Assembly (NCBI GenBank): GCA_034530875.2
Contig: JAVRCJ020000037.1
Coordinates: 1-64,000, forward strand
Direction: 5' to 3'
Length of the DNA stretch: 64,000 nt
Source of the DNA: Nostoc sp. DedSLP01
GTDB taxonomy: Bacteria > Cyanobacteriota > Cyanobacteriia > Cyanobacteriales > Nostocaceae
Part shown: positions 1 through 10,431 of the stretch, piece by piece
Numbering within the stretch: the first letter of the stretch is position 1
Layout of the letters: every line of letters starts with the position of its first letter
The notes under the pieces: model-generated
Databases searched by the model: none
Seen by the model: only the letters and a program-made list of their open reading frames with translations
What the model was told of the DNA's origin: nothing
Made by a program: the position numbers and the translations under genes

Positions 1-1026
1 AGCTTTGCTGCGGTCTAAGCCATTACTTAGATAGTAGAGCGTATTTGATGGAGTAATTTCGTTATACCAGTCAGGAACTGTTTGGCTATTGGTGGTTTGT
101 GTTGTTCCATCGCTATAGTTAAAAGTCAAACGGACATCGCTGCTTCCTTCCGTTGAAGTTAACGCCAGATGCACATAAGCATACTGACCGCTAACATTAA
201 AGCTAAAACTCCCAGTAGAGGTTTTAATCAGACGGGCATTATTACCGTTGTCAGTGTTTCTATAATTAAGTTGAATATCTGGATTAAAGCTAGTAGCTGC
301 AAAAAATCCGTTATCTGGCAGCCCATTACCCGAAGTGCTATTGGAAAAAGTAGCGAAGGATTGAGTTATCAAAGCATTGTTGTTCGCATCAATCGCTGTT
401 TGGGCAGTGTCGGTGACTCCTGTGCTACGGTTGACAATGACATCACTATCAAACACTGATGAGACGTTAAACGATACTGTGGCGGCTAAAATCCCTGCAT
501 AATTTGCTATTACCCGATCGCTAAAAGCTAGTTGGGGTAAAATCTCACCCACGGTCACTTCTAAATTCCAATTCCCTTCTAATGATGCATTACCCGTTTT
601 TGCAGCGGAAGCGGCTATTTTAGCGTCGGTTAAGGAGTGTAGTTGGTGGAGAAATTCCTCTCCTACATCACCAGCAGCAACATTACAACCGTATAAAAGT
701 AAGTTGAGATTTTTTCTCAACCAACTTTGTAATTCTGAAGCATAATCTTTTAAGTTATCAACGCTAAGTTGGCTATTACCTAAATACAAACATCCGGGCG
801 CACCGTGAGAGACAATGTGAACTGTCTCTATGTCGTGGCGTTGTTTGAGTACTTCTGTAATTTGCTCTACTCCGTCTCGTTGTGCTGACAGAATAATAGT
901 TTCAATTCCAGGTAAAGTTTCTTCGATCAGGATTTCTGCGTCACTGACAAAAGCATCGATGAAAAGGATTTCTAAACCTGTTACTACTTTTGGGCTATCT
1001 GTGGCGATCGTAGAATTTAAAAACAT
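1..1026 (-). CDS. DUF4347-domain large surface/secreted protein, 5' part (runs off window edge; absent from ORF track)
   Basis: Manual translation from ATG at 1026: MFLNST...ILFIDAFV...DGVEQITEVL...VHIVSHGAPGCLYLG...LLLYGCNVAAGDVGEEF...GNWNLE, typical of DUF4347, followed by a Ser/Thr/Asn-rich region open to position 1. Confidence 0.85.
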   Translation of the reverse strand, partial: MFLNSTIATDSPKVVTGLEILFIDAFVSDAEILIEETLPGIETIILSAQRDGVEQITEVLKQRHDIETVHIVSHGAPGCLYLGNSQLSVDNLKDYASELQSWLRKNLNLLLYGCNVAAGDVGEEFLHQLHSLTDAKIAASAAKTGNASLEGNWNLEVTVGEILPQLAFSDRVIANYAGILAATVSFNVSSVFDSDVIVNRSTGVTDTAQTAIDANNNALITQSFATFSNSTSGNGLPDNGFFAATSFNPDIQLNYRNTDNGNNARLIKTSTGSFSFNVSGQYAYVHLALTSTEGSSDVRLTFNYSDGTTQTTNSQTVPDWYNEITPSNTLYYLSNGLDRSKA

Positions 1027-1778
1027 AATAAATTTAGTGTGACTATTTTTTTACGTAACGTATAAAGTTTAATCGTATATCTATCCAAAGAAATACGAGT
1101 AAATACTTAAAAATTTAGATTTAATATTTCAGTGTTTATGCAGGTTATGCAAAGTTTTTGATACAGCTATACTTATGAATTTGAAGAAGTCGGCCGTAAG
1201 TATGGCTAATGGCATTATGAGATGGAGTAGCTATTATTCAGCGCCAAAGTTTTTTAGGGCAAGCATTTGATTAACTACAAAGCTGTCAGGATTTAGTAGT
1301 TGGGGTTGTTAGAATATAAGCCAGCGTTGGAATCTGAGTGATGGTAATGTAGCCGTTGAAGCAATATCATGTTCGGTTAAAGGCTTATTATTGTTTATAC
1401 TTGCTTAGGTAGGGGAAACGCAGTAACACGGAGAAATTATAATTACGGGTGATTAGCCGGATATGGGATAAAATGCGATCGCTCCTTCTCACAGCGATCG
1501 CATAATCATAATACTGGCTCAAAAAGCTCTCTCCTCCAGTGAGAACTTTTGCTGCAAATAGTATTTTTATTTAAGCCAATACAACTGGAATTAAGCCTTA
1601 ATTCTCTCTAACAATACTTAAAAAGAAGGAAATTAAACCCCGTTCTTTTAGTAAGACTGTGTGAATCTTCATAACTAGATATCATTAACGTCAAGGATAT
1701 TCATTTTTAAACCTCTCTTCACTTATTTTAAAAATTTGGAGAGAGGTTTTCCAGAATCTCTTGAACTCGCATTATCTT

Positions 1779-1933
1779 AACCTGAATTTGACTGCTCGTG
1801 TAGTGTCGATTTAATTAGCTGAATAAAAAATCTATAAGAGGTTTTACTACGCAAAACCGTTCCTCTCCGAGTCGCAGAGGGACACCCTTGAACTTTAAGT
1901 TCAAGGGTGGGAGAGGTTCGTCAAATTGGCATT
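1779..1933. mobile_element. Degenerate MITE-like element, related to 46053-46206
   Basis: Shares the core AAAACCGT.CCTCTCCGA...GAGGGACA..CTTGAAC...AGTTCAAG...GGGAGAGGTTCGTC with the 46 kb copy; ends are imperfect inverted repeats. Confidence 0.6.
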
Positions 1934-2637
1934 ATCTTACTTCTGTACTTGCTATTTCTAAAAGAGTTTTCAGTACAGAATCAGGATTAAGGCTGATGGA
2001 ATCAATACCTTGTTGAACTAAAAATTGAGCAAATTCTGGATAATTGCTTGGTGCTTGGCCGCAAATACCAATTTTGCGTTCGTGGTTTTTAACTGTAGCT
2101 ATGGCTTTGGCAATCATTAGCTTCACAGCTTCATTGCGTTCGTCAAATAAATGAGCTACTAATTCTGAATCTCTATCTATAGGAATCCGGTTTGATTACT
2201 GAAATTATTTGTGTAGGTAGGGAGTAGGGAATGGGGAGTAGGGAGTGGGAAAGAAGCCTTGTTTGGGTGTACTGATTTTTTTCAGAAATCAAATATGATT
2301 CCTATACTCCTAATGTTAATTGTGTCAGGTCATTGGAGCCAATTGAGAAGCCATCAAATATTTCACAAAATTCATCTGCCAATTGCACGTTACTAGGCAA
2401 TTCGCACATTACATAAACTTGTAAACCGTTTTCTCCCTGCACATAAGCTGTAGTAGCAAAACCTGTAGGAATTTTGATGCCTTTGGGTACAAGCTGCTGA
2501 ATCATTTCTCCTAGTGAAGCGTTTTTACCACCCACTAGCGGGATATCTGCAATCCCAACTGCATCTAGGGGTAGTACTAGGGCTTGTTGTTTGGTGTTCT
2601 GACTTGATGTCTTTTGAGCAACAAATGTTTCAAGCAT
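1932..2637 (-). pseudogene. ppsA: Phosphoenolpyruvate synthase remnant: internal in-frame deletion plus MITE insertion
   Basis: N-terminal [11 protein letters not shown]...GFATTAY is joined directly to C-terminal [17 protein letters not shown]...[16 protein letters not shown]; after a 125-bp insert the frame continues DRDSELV...GICGQAPS...SISLNPDS. About 192 codons remain. Confidence 0.93.
2180..2304. mobile_element. MITE with TA target duplication inside ppsA
   Basis: Ends TAGGAATCCGGTTTGATT and AATCAAATATGATTCCTA, flanked by TA at 2178-2179 and 2305-2306. Removing the element and one TA restores LGV-DRDS. Contains GGGAGTA heptamers. Confidence 0.9.
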
Positions 2638-2726
2638 GAGAAATTTTCCTTAAATGCATTCTCGCTACTGTTACTCGAGAGGAGTCGGTGTTAGTTTTGT
2701 ACTCCCTCTTGAGTCTCACACTTTTG

Positions 2727-2759
2727 GTTATAGGAAAATAGTTTGAGGAACTTGTGAGG
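2727..2759 (-). promoter_or_regulatory. Putative activator site plus -10 box upstream of ppsA
   Basis: Minus strand reads CCTCACAAGTTCCTCAAA-N9-TATAAC; the same layout occurs at three other promoters in the window. Confidence 0.7.
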
Positions 2760-3096
2760 TGATGACTATTTCTCTATACTGCCCAAGTTTGTAGATTCAC
2801 AATACAATCGATAGGCGTTGCTGATTGGTGGGATGATTTTTATCTCAAGCAGAGACGCAGAGAGAAAGAGGCTTTGGGGATTTTTGTACAGATGGGTAAT
2901 CATAAGTGATTAGCCAAATATGATATAACTACTGTTTTGCCAATAGAAATAATTTTCAAGTCATGCAATTTGAGATTTTAGATTTCTCCTACAATTTCAA
3001 ATCTGAGTTCATGTAATAACCAAGCAAACGTACAATATAAAATTTCTAATTGGCAGAAAAACTGATTTTAAATTACAAGATATTAGGTAATACTAA

Positions 3097-4746
3097 ATGA
3101 TTGATACTCTGATTGCCCAAGCAGCACAATCTACATCAAAAGTACCCCCAGCACCACCGCCCCCAGCTTTACCGACGGTAGCACAAATAACTGCTTTCTT
3201 ATATACATTTGGCGCATCTGCAATTATTTTTTTTGTCATCTATATATTACTGTTTTATGTCCTGCGATCGTTTCTTAGGCGCACAGAAAAAGATACAGCC
3301 CTACTAATTCTTGGGATTTCGCAAATTCCGGCGATCGCAATTTTTTTGTTTGCCAGTCTCAAACTTTCGCTGTTTCAATTAGGTTCAGGAAGAATCGTAG
3401 GTTGGATTGGACAAGGACTCACAGCTTTGTTAATTGCTGCTTTCACTTATTTGGCAAGTATGTTATTTACAGAAGCAGCAGTCGCCTACTTGAAAGACTA
3501 CGCCCGCAAAACTGAAGCTGTGTGGGATGACGTCTTAATTCCACTACTACAAAATTTTATTCCAGTAATTACATATATAATTGGAATTTCTTTATTTTTC
3601 ACTACTCTGGGAGTTGATTTAAGCGGAATTGGTTTAGCAATAGGTAGCATCACCGTAGTTTTAGGATTGGCAGTCAAAGATATTTTAAGCGACTTTTTCA
3701 GCGGCTTAGTATTGCTAGTTGATACACCGTTTAAATTTGGAGATGTCATCTCCATGCCAGATGGTTCTATTGCAATTATTAAACAGATTGGTATTCGAGT
3801 AACGAAACTATATTTGATTAACGAGCATTGCGAAGTATATGTACCGAACACATCCTTGGGAAGTCAAAATATAGTTAATCTCAGTCGCCCTACAACTCAC
3901 TACGCTTATACAATCAAAGTGTCAGTAAGAGTTGATGCTGATGCAGTAGTAGCAACAAAAATTTTACAAGAAATCATCGTCGGACATCCAGATACTTTAG
4001 GTGATATTGATGAAAAACTTGAATGCTTAGATAGTTTTGCTGTATTAAGAGAAGCAGAAGACAATAAATTATCAAAGAAAGAAGCAGGACGGCTGCGTTT
4101 GTTAGTTGAAAAAGATGTGAACGACCAACTGCAAAAACTTGAGCGAGTATTAGAATCTTTTGTACTTGAAATCAAACAGCTAGAAAAGGGGGGATTGAAT
4201 TCAGAAGAACTGAAAAGTATCCAGAAAAACTATCTAGAAATATTAAACTTTGTTGGGCTGGCAGTGATTACGGAACGTCAAGGCAAACGAGTGCGATCGC
4301 ACCTAGAAGAACAAATCGGGAAAGTAACTTTAATTGGCTTGATTCGTCAATGGTATCAAACTTGGTTAAAAGACCCCGATTTAGTGCTTGAAGACCACAA
4401 TATTTTACGAGATGAATGGGAGCATAAGATTGAATTGTTAAAAACAAAAATGAATAAAATATTTCAGAAAATTGCTAATCCTGGAGTAGATGAAACCAGA
4501 TTAGATGACTATTCATTAAAATTTCTTGAATGGTTGCATGAAAATTTTAAAGAGTCTAATACTGCATGGAAAGAACCACAAGTTCAACTAACTGATATCC
4601 AAGGTGCTGGTATGCAATTTTCCGTGAGGTTCTACGTTGATAATATTCAATTAGAACACTGGCGTCGTGGTAACCGCGTTCAAAATGAGGTGCGTCGAGA
4701 AATGGTACGGCGGTTAAGACAAGCTTATATTTACACGCTAGGATGA
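3097..4746 (+). CDS. MscS-family mechanosensitive channel with long C-terminal extension
   Basis: Transmembrane helices, then GLAVKDILSDFFSGLVLLVDTPFKFGDVI...IGIRVT...VPNT. Confidence 0.9.
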   Translation: MIDTLIAQAAQSTSKVPPAPPPPALPTVAQITAFLYTFGASAIIFFVIYILLFYVLRSFLRRTEKDTALLILGISQIPAIAIFLFASLKLSLFQLGSGRIVGWIGQGLTALLIAAFTYLASMLFTEAAVAYLKDYARKTEAVWDDVLIPLLQNFIPVITYIIGISLFFTTLGVDLSGIGLAIGSITVVLGLAVKDILSDFFSGLVLLVDTPFKFGDVISMPDGSIAIIKQIGIRVTKLYLINEHCEVYVPNTSLGSQNIVNLSRPTTHYAYTIKVSVRVDADAVVATKILQEIIVGHPDTLGDIDEKLECLDSFAVLREAEDNKLSKKEAGRLRLLVEKDVNDQLQKLERVLESFVLEIKQLEKGGLNSEELKSIQKNYLEILNFVGLAVITERQGKRVRSHLEEQIGKVTLIGLIRQWYQTWLKDPDLVLEDHNILRDEWEHKIELLKTKMNKIFQKIANPGVDETRLDDYSLKFLEWLHENFKESNTAWKEPQVQLTDIQGAGMQFSVRFYVDNIQLEHWRRGNRVQNEVRREMVRRLRQAYIYTLG

Positions 4747-4776
4747 TGAAATACATGGGGGGATGAGATTTTATGT

Positions 4777-4801
4777 TAACTGTTGAGTGTCAACAGTTAA
4801 C
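4777..4801. terminator. Hairpin between convergent genes
   Basis: TTAACTGTTGA-GTG-TCAACAGTTAA inverted repeat. Confidence 0.55.
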
Positions 4802-4901
4802 AGCAAGGAATGGTTTTCCCAAATACCAGGAATAGTAATACTTTTACCTCCTGCCTTCAGGAAGAACTGCCTCCTGCTATACTTAGGCGATCGCAGTTAG
4901 A

Positions 4902-5123
4902 TCAATCTTCGCTCCAATCTTCACGGCCTAACAAATCTATAATTTTGTCGCGCAGCAAAAATTCATTTTTTTCTAGTTCGAGTTCTACGCAAACCCACTC
5001 GCGACCGGGAATATATTTACACAAAGCCAAAATTGGCTCGTTCCGACGGATTGCTCCTTTTTTTACCAGTTCCCGCGCTTCATCTTTGATTAGCTCAATG
5101 TCATACTTTACAAGAGTATCCAT
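4902..5123 (-). CDS. DUF4327 family small protein
   Basis: YDIELIKDEARELVKKG...LCKYIPGREWVCVELELEKNEFLLRDKIIDLLGREDWSED matches this cyanobacterial family. Confidence 0.85.
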   Translation of the reverse strand: MDTLVKYDIELIKDEARELVKKGAIRRNEPILALCKYIPGREWVCVELELEKNEFLLRDKIIDLLGREDWSED

Positions 5124-5182
5124 AACAAACCCCCCTGATATTAACTAGTCAGCCTAAGTATCTACACTTTGACTCTAACTTT

Positions 5183-5215
5183 AATGTATCCAAAATATTT
5201 GAGGATTTTGTGAAG
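5183..5215 (-). promoter_or_regulatory. Putative activator site plus -10 box upstream of the DUF4327 gene
   Basis: Minus strand reads CTTCACAAAATCCTCAAA-N9-TACATT. Confidence 0.65.
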
Positions 5216-5562
5216 ATTGCAAATTAAATTTATACAATGGCGGTGTATTAAGGGATTACATAATATTTCTGGTTACAAATTGTATTGAAAACACGTACTT
5301 ATAAGTATTAATTGTAGTATAATAATTAACACTATTGAAAGCCAAAACAGAGATTTCCCCAACCCTCTTTATAAAGCAATAGACACCACAAATCTCTGGC
5401 GGTGCGTTACGGACGATAGTCAAAATTGTGGTTCGTTCCCTATTCCCTTTTTGGTGTTTATCAAATTATTATTTATATGTCCTCATCCTAAGGATTGATT
5501 TTCATCGATAAGTAACTCGGTTTAAATAGAAAAGTCCGTGTACGTATACGGGTTAATCCTCT

Positions 5563-8500
5563 ATGAGACGTGATGCTACAGGTAAGTTTACTAGCAATTG
5601 GGATTATGAGGCGAAAAGGCGAGTTAGCGTGACTCTTACCAAGACAGCATGGCGATTATTAGAGGAAGAAGCGCAAAAATACAATATTTCTCGCTCTGAG
5701 TTAATTGAGCGTACTGCCCGCAGTTTTGCAATAGCCAATCAGCCTGTAAAAACCAAAGGTAACGAAGAGGGACATGGGTTTGTGGTTGGCTCCAATTCAT
5801 CAGGCGATCGCCCGAACGATAGTATCAGTTTTGATAGTAGTAGCGATAATGCACGCACTCACTTAACTGCAACCACCCCAGCCGAGCAAAAAGTATCAGC
5901 GATTTTAGAAAGTATTAGCGATGCATTTGTTGCTTTCGATCGCAACTGGCATTATACCTACGTCAATCAAGCAGCAGCTAGAATTATTGGGAAAACATCA
6001 GCAGAGCTACTTGGTAAGCATGTCTGGAATGAAGTTTTTCCGGAATTCGTTGGCAGTATTGCCTATCAGCAGTTGCATAGAGCCATAGCACAGCAAGTTC
6101 CGGTTTTTTGGGAAGAATACGAACAAGCGATTCCGCGTTGGCTGGAGGTAAACGCCTATCCATCAGATGAAGGAGTAACTTTATATTTTCGCGATATCAC
6201 CGAGCGCAAGCAAGCCGAGCAAACATTGCGGAACACCGCCGAGCGATTGAGTTTAGCATTAGCGGCGGCACAGCTGGGAGATTGGAGTTGGGATGCTGCC
6301 ACTGATGTAGTCACGTTTTCCGAACGGGCGGCTGAAATTTTTGGCATTCCACCAGGCCCTTACATGACCTGGACGCAGATACGCGATCTGCTGCATGAAG
6401 ACGATCGCGAACTAGCGCGCTTAGAAGTGGAAAAAGCGATCGCCAACCGCAGCGACTACAGTATTGAATACCGGGTGCTGCATAAAGATGGATCTCAATG
6501 CTGGATTGCGGCGAGTGGGCGTGCTTACTACTCTCCCACAGGAGAAGTAATTGGAATGCTGGGAGTAGTACAGGATATCACCCAGCGCAAGCAACTCCAA
6601 GCCCAATTGCAGAATCAGAAGCAACAATTCAAGATGTTGGCAGACAACGCGCCAGATATTATTGCTCGTTTCGATGCCAAATTTTGCCATCTCTACGTTA
6701 GTCCTTCTATTGAAGAGGTTACAGGAATTCCAGCTACGGCATTTATTGGCAAAACCAATACAGAACTGGGAATGCCAGAGGAAGTTTGTATTGCTTGGCG
6801 CAACAGTTTAGAAAAAGTATTTGCTACAGGTTTGGAGCAACAAATCGAATTTCAATATCCCACTCCTAATGGCATTCGCTGGTATCAGTCTCGCCTTGTA
6901 CCTGAGTTTGCTGGCAGCGGTGTTATTGAGTCGGTGTTAGGCATCACCCGCGATTTTCAAGAGTACAAGCAAGCCGAACAAGCATTACGCCGCAGCGAAG
7001 AACGATTGCGCTTTGCTCTAGAAGCTGCCGGTATGGTGGCGTGGGAATGGAATCGAACGACAGGTGAAGTTGTGCGATCGCATACATCTCATGAAATTAT
7101 CGGCATCAGTTGCGATGCAGGGTCAGAAGTTGATTCGGAATTTTTTAATTTGATTCATGCAGACGACCGTGGCTTAGTGTTTGGGTCGTTGGATCGAGCG
7201 ATCGCCGAAAAATCATCCTACAGTGCAGAGTTTCGCATTATTAAACCCGATGGTTCCCTGCGCTGGATGTTCGACCGAGGTCGCGTGATTTGTAACGATG
7301 GCGGGAATGTGGTTCGCATGAGTGGCGTGATTCAAGACATCACCGACCGCAAACAAGTAGAATTTGCCCTGCGAGAAAGCGAACTGAAATTTAGGACGCT
7401 GGCAGATAAAATGCCGCAATTATTCTGGATTACTCGACCGGATGGCTATCATGAATACTTTAATCAACGCTGGTTTGAGTACACTGGTATGACCCTGGAA
7501 CAGACTCAGGGATGGAGCTGGCACAATTTGCTACATCCTGACGATCGCCAGCGTTCTTTAGAAATTTGGCAGCAATCGCTGCGCACAGGCAACGACTATA
7601 CAATTGAATACCGATTCCAACGAGCTAGCGATCGCGAGTACCGTTGGTTTTTGGGTCTAGCATTTCCCATGCGCGATGCAGATGGGCAAATTATCAAGTG
7701 GTTTGGCTCCTGCACCGACATTCACGACCAGCGATGCTTGCTTGAAGAACGCAATCGAGCTCTAGCCCAAGAACAATCTGCGCGTCAGCAAGCTGAAGCC
7801 GCAAACCGGATTAAAGACGAATTTCTGGCAGTATTGTCTCACGAACTGCGAACCCCATTAAATCCGATTTTGGGTTGGTCGCGCTTATTGAGGCAAGGCA
7901 AGCTCGATGCTAACAAGACAACCGTGGCGCTGGAAACAATTGAACGCAACGCCAAGTTGCAAATTCAATTAATTGATGACCTGCTTGATATTTCTCGGAT
8001 TTTACAAGGCAAACTCAGCCTCAATTCTGCCGCAGTTAATTTGCAAAGAACCATTACAGCGGCGATTGAAACAGTCCGTTTAGCCGCTGAAGCTAAAGCC
8101 ATTCAAATTCAAACTCAATTTACATCTGAGACTGTTACTGTTCTGGGCGATGCTACTCGCTTACAGCAAGTATTTTGGAACTTGATCGCCAATGCTGTGA
8201 AATTTACTCCCCAAAACGGCCAAATTAAAGTTCGGTTGTCAAAAAGCAAATCTCAGGCACAGATTCAAGTCCAGGATACAGGTAAGGGAATTCGACCGGA
8301 ATTTTTGCCATTCGTTTTCGATACATTCCGTCAGGCAGATAGTAGCACAACTCGGACATTTGGCGGATTGGGATTGGGACTAGCGATCGTGCGCCATTTA
8401 GTCGAACTGCACGGCGGCCTTGTCAAAGCAGAAAGTACAGGAGAGGAACAAGGCGCAACATTTACCGTGACGCTTCCCCTGATGCTAGCAGCAGTTTCAA

Positions 8501-8910
8501 CTAGCCAGGCAGCAGCAATGTCCGATCGCTTTCATCTACAAGGCATAAATATTCTGGCCGTCGATGATGAAGTTGATAATCTTGAACTGGTTCAGTTTAT
8601 TTTAGAGCAAGCAGGAGCGACAGTGGTTGTTGTATCCTTGGCGACAGAAGCACTGGTAAAGCTTCGTCAATCAAAGCCTGACATACTGCTTACCGATATT
8701 GCTATGCCTCAGGTTGATGGTTACACCCTAATGCAGCAAATTCGACAACTACCCGCAGAACAAGGCGGACAAATTCCAGCCATTGCTCTGACTGCTTATG
8801 CTGGAGAGATGAACCAGCAACAAGCTCTTGCCGCAAGCTTTCAAATGCATCTGTCAAAACCAATTGACCCAGAGGTATTAGTCCAAGCCATCTTTGAGTT
8901 ACTTAATTAA
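5563..8910 (+). CDS. Multi-PAS hybrid histidine kinase with N-terminal ribbon-helix-helix-like segment
   Basis: About five PAS/PAC units, H-box LSHELRTPL, G-boxes DTGKG and GGLGLGL, C-terminal receiver (VDD...DIAMP...SKP). Confidence 0.92.
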   Translation: MRRDATGKFTSNWDYEAKRRVSVTLTKTAWRLLEEEAQKYNISRSELIERTARSFAIANQPVKTKGNEEGHGFVVGSNSSGDRPNDSISFDSSSDNARTHLTATTPAEQKVSAILESISDAFVAFDRNWHYTYVNQAAARIIGKTSAELLGKHVWNEVFPEFVGSIAYQQLHRAIAQQVPVFWEEYEQAIPRWLEVNAYPSDEGVTLYFRDITERKQAEQTLRNTAERLSLALAAAQLGDWSWDAATDVVTFSERAAEIFGIPPGPYMTWTQIRDLLHEDDRELARLEVEKAIANRSDYSIEYRVLHKDGSQCWIAASGRAYYSPTGEVIGMLGVVQDITQRKQLQAQLQNQKQQFKMLADNAPDIIARFDAKFCHLYVSPSIEEVTGIPATAFIGKTNTELGMPEEVCIAWRNSLEKVFATGLEQQIEFQYPTPNGIRWYQSRLVPEFAGSGVIESVLGITRDFQEYKQAEQALRRSEERLRFALEAAGMVAWEWNRTTGEVVRSHTSHEIIGISCDAGSEVDSEFFNLIHADDRGLVFGSLDRAIAEKSSYSAEFRIIKPDGSLRWMFDRGRVICNDGGNVVRMSGVIQDITDRKQVEFALRESELKFRTLADKMPQLFWITRPDGYHEYFNQRWFEYTGMTLEQTQGWSWHNLLHPDDRQRSLEIWQQSLRTGNDYTIEYRFQRASDREYRWFLGLAFPMRDADGQIIKWFGSCTDIHDQRCLLEERNRALAQEQSARQQAEAANRIKDEFLAVLSHELRTPLNPILGWSRLLRQGKLDANKTTVALETIERNAKLQIQLIDDLLDISRILQGKLSLNSAAVNLQRTITAAIETVRLAAEAKAIQIQTQFTSETVTVLGDATRLQQVFWNLIANAVKFTPQNGQIKVRLSKSKSQAQIQVQDTGKGIRPEFLPFVFDTFRQADSSTTRTFGGLGLGLAIVRHLVELHGGLVKAESTGEEQGATFTVTLPLMLAAVSTSQAAAMSDRFHLQGINILAVDDEVDNLELVQFILEQAGATVVVVSLATEALVKLRQSKPDILLTDIAMPQVDGYTLMQQIRQLPAEQGGQIPAIALTAYAGEMNQQQALAASFQMHLSKPIDPEVLVQAIFELLN

Positions 8911-9101
8911 ACCTAAGATATTCTAAAGATATTCTTAAGCTAGAGTTAGAAAACTTAAAAACTTGTAAGAATTGAAATTAATTGTTCACCATCGTTTGAC
9001 TTTTAATCATACCAACGAAAGAATAACAAAACCTGAATTAGAGCTTAGATCTAATAAGAAAAGACATTATTAACCTTTAATTCATAGAGCAGAAGTTTTA
9101 T

Positions 9102-9329
9102 ATGTCAGGACAAGAAAAAGAAAAAATATTTCATACAGAATTAGTCAAATACGGTGTGAAATACGAAAAGGCTCAGAAAGCTGCACAACTTTTAGCTTCT
9201 GGCAAACCAGACGAGCTTTTGACACAGCAAGAAAGACAAATAGTTCTTGAAGCATGTTATGAATGGTCAAAACAGCGCAAACGCTACAAACATCTGAAGT
9301 CTTTACTAGATTCTGAAAGGCTGAACTAA
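9102..9329 (+). CDS. Hypothetical protein
   Basis: 75-aa ATG ORF with normal composition in an intergenic gap. Confidence 0.6.
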   Translation: MSGQEKEKIFHTELVKYGVKYEKAQKAAQLLASGKPDELLTQQERQIVLEACYEWSKQRKRYKHLKSLLDSERLN

Positions 9330-9350
9330 GCAATAATAAAATCCCCTATG

Positions 9351-9477
9351 TAGGACTCACATTTGATTGCGTGAAAAAAAACAGTACATCCAGACAAGGC
9401 TTCTGTCCCACTCCCTACTCCCCATTCCCTACTCCCTGTCTACACAAATAAATTCTCGAAATCAAACCGGATTCCTA
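9351..9477. mobile_element. MITE, same family as 2180-2304, inverted
   Basis: TAGGACTCACATTTGATT ... AATCAAACCGGATTCCTA; interior resembles the reverse complement of the ppsA insert. Confidence 0.85.
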
Positions 9478-9594
9478 TAGATATAATCCTGAGGTATGAC
9501 AACAAGGCTGGCAGCTTGTGCGATCGCCATTTAGAAACGAGTTCATCAAGCATAATGAAACTCTTGTTAACCATAAGCCATTTCTATTTAGTGT

Positions 9595-10380
9595 ATGTCT
9601 AGCGATCGCGGTTCTATTTTACATCTTTTCATCAAACAAAAACCTCGTTTGCCAATGACAGAAGTTGAGGAAATCAACTTAAAAGTAGGTCATGGTATAG
9701 AGGGAGATATTAATGCTAACTCAATCAGTCCCAGGCAAATTTTGATTGTGAGGAATGAAGATATTGTATATTTTGCCATTCCACCAGGAGAATTACGAGA
9801 AAATATTGTCATAGCAGGGATAAATTTTGAAAATTTTATTCCTGGCTCTTTGATAACTATTGATGGTGATGCCGCTATTCGTTTAACTTTTCATTGCGAA
9901 CCATGCAAGCGCGTAGCTCATTTAGTTGATTCTTTAAAAAGTATCTACTACCAAAGAGGTATTTTAGGTATAGTTATCAATTCCGGAACAATTCGTGTGG
10001 GAAGCAACGTTAAGATTGAAACTGATAAATTTCCAGCATTCTCTGAAAAACCTTACGAACGGTTTCTTGATTTTATAGTAAAAGTCCCATCGGGAAACGT
10101 AGTAACCTATCAACAGATAATTACAGCCATTGGAGTAGATAATAGCTATCTTAGGGCTATTCCCATATATTTGAAGAAAACATCTGTTGATGATTATCCA
10201 ATTCACAGAATATTAGATTCTCAAGGCTATTTAATAAAATATGCACCCCATCAAAAGAGTAAACTAGAATCTGAAGGTATTGAAATTTTAAATTCTCCAG
10301 ATTTGCTGAATAAAGAAAATAGATACTTTGTAAATACTGAGAAATATTTGTATGAAAATCAAACAATTTATTTGAATTAA
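9595..10380 (+). CDS. MOSC domain fused to MGMT/alkyltransferase-like DNA-binding domain
   Basis: GIEGD, RQI, GELRENIV, CEPC, RGILG (MOSC), then VPSGNVVTYQQI...PIHRI (MGMT-like, with Cys replaced). Confidence 0.8.
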   Translation: MSSDRGSILHLFIKQKPRLPMTEVEEINLKVGHGIEGDINANSISPRQILIVRNEDIVYFAIPPGELRENIVIAGINFENFIPGSLITIDGDAAIRLTFHCEPCKRVAHLVDSLKSIYYQRGILGIVINSGTIRVGSNVKIETDKFPAFSEKPYERFLDFIVKVPSGNVVTYQQIITAIGVDNSYLRAIPIYLKKTSVDDYPIHRILDSQGYLIKYAPHQKSKLESEGIEILNSPDLLNKENRYFVNTEKYLYENQTIYLN

Positions 10381-10431
10381 CAAATATTACGTTCAAAATG
10401 ATATTCAGCAAGCAACTGAAGTTCGTTGCTC

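Noticed and set aside
169..1042. Plus-strand ORFs 169-459 and 830-1042
   Set aside because: They are antisense shadows of the DUF4347 gene.
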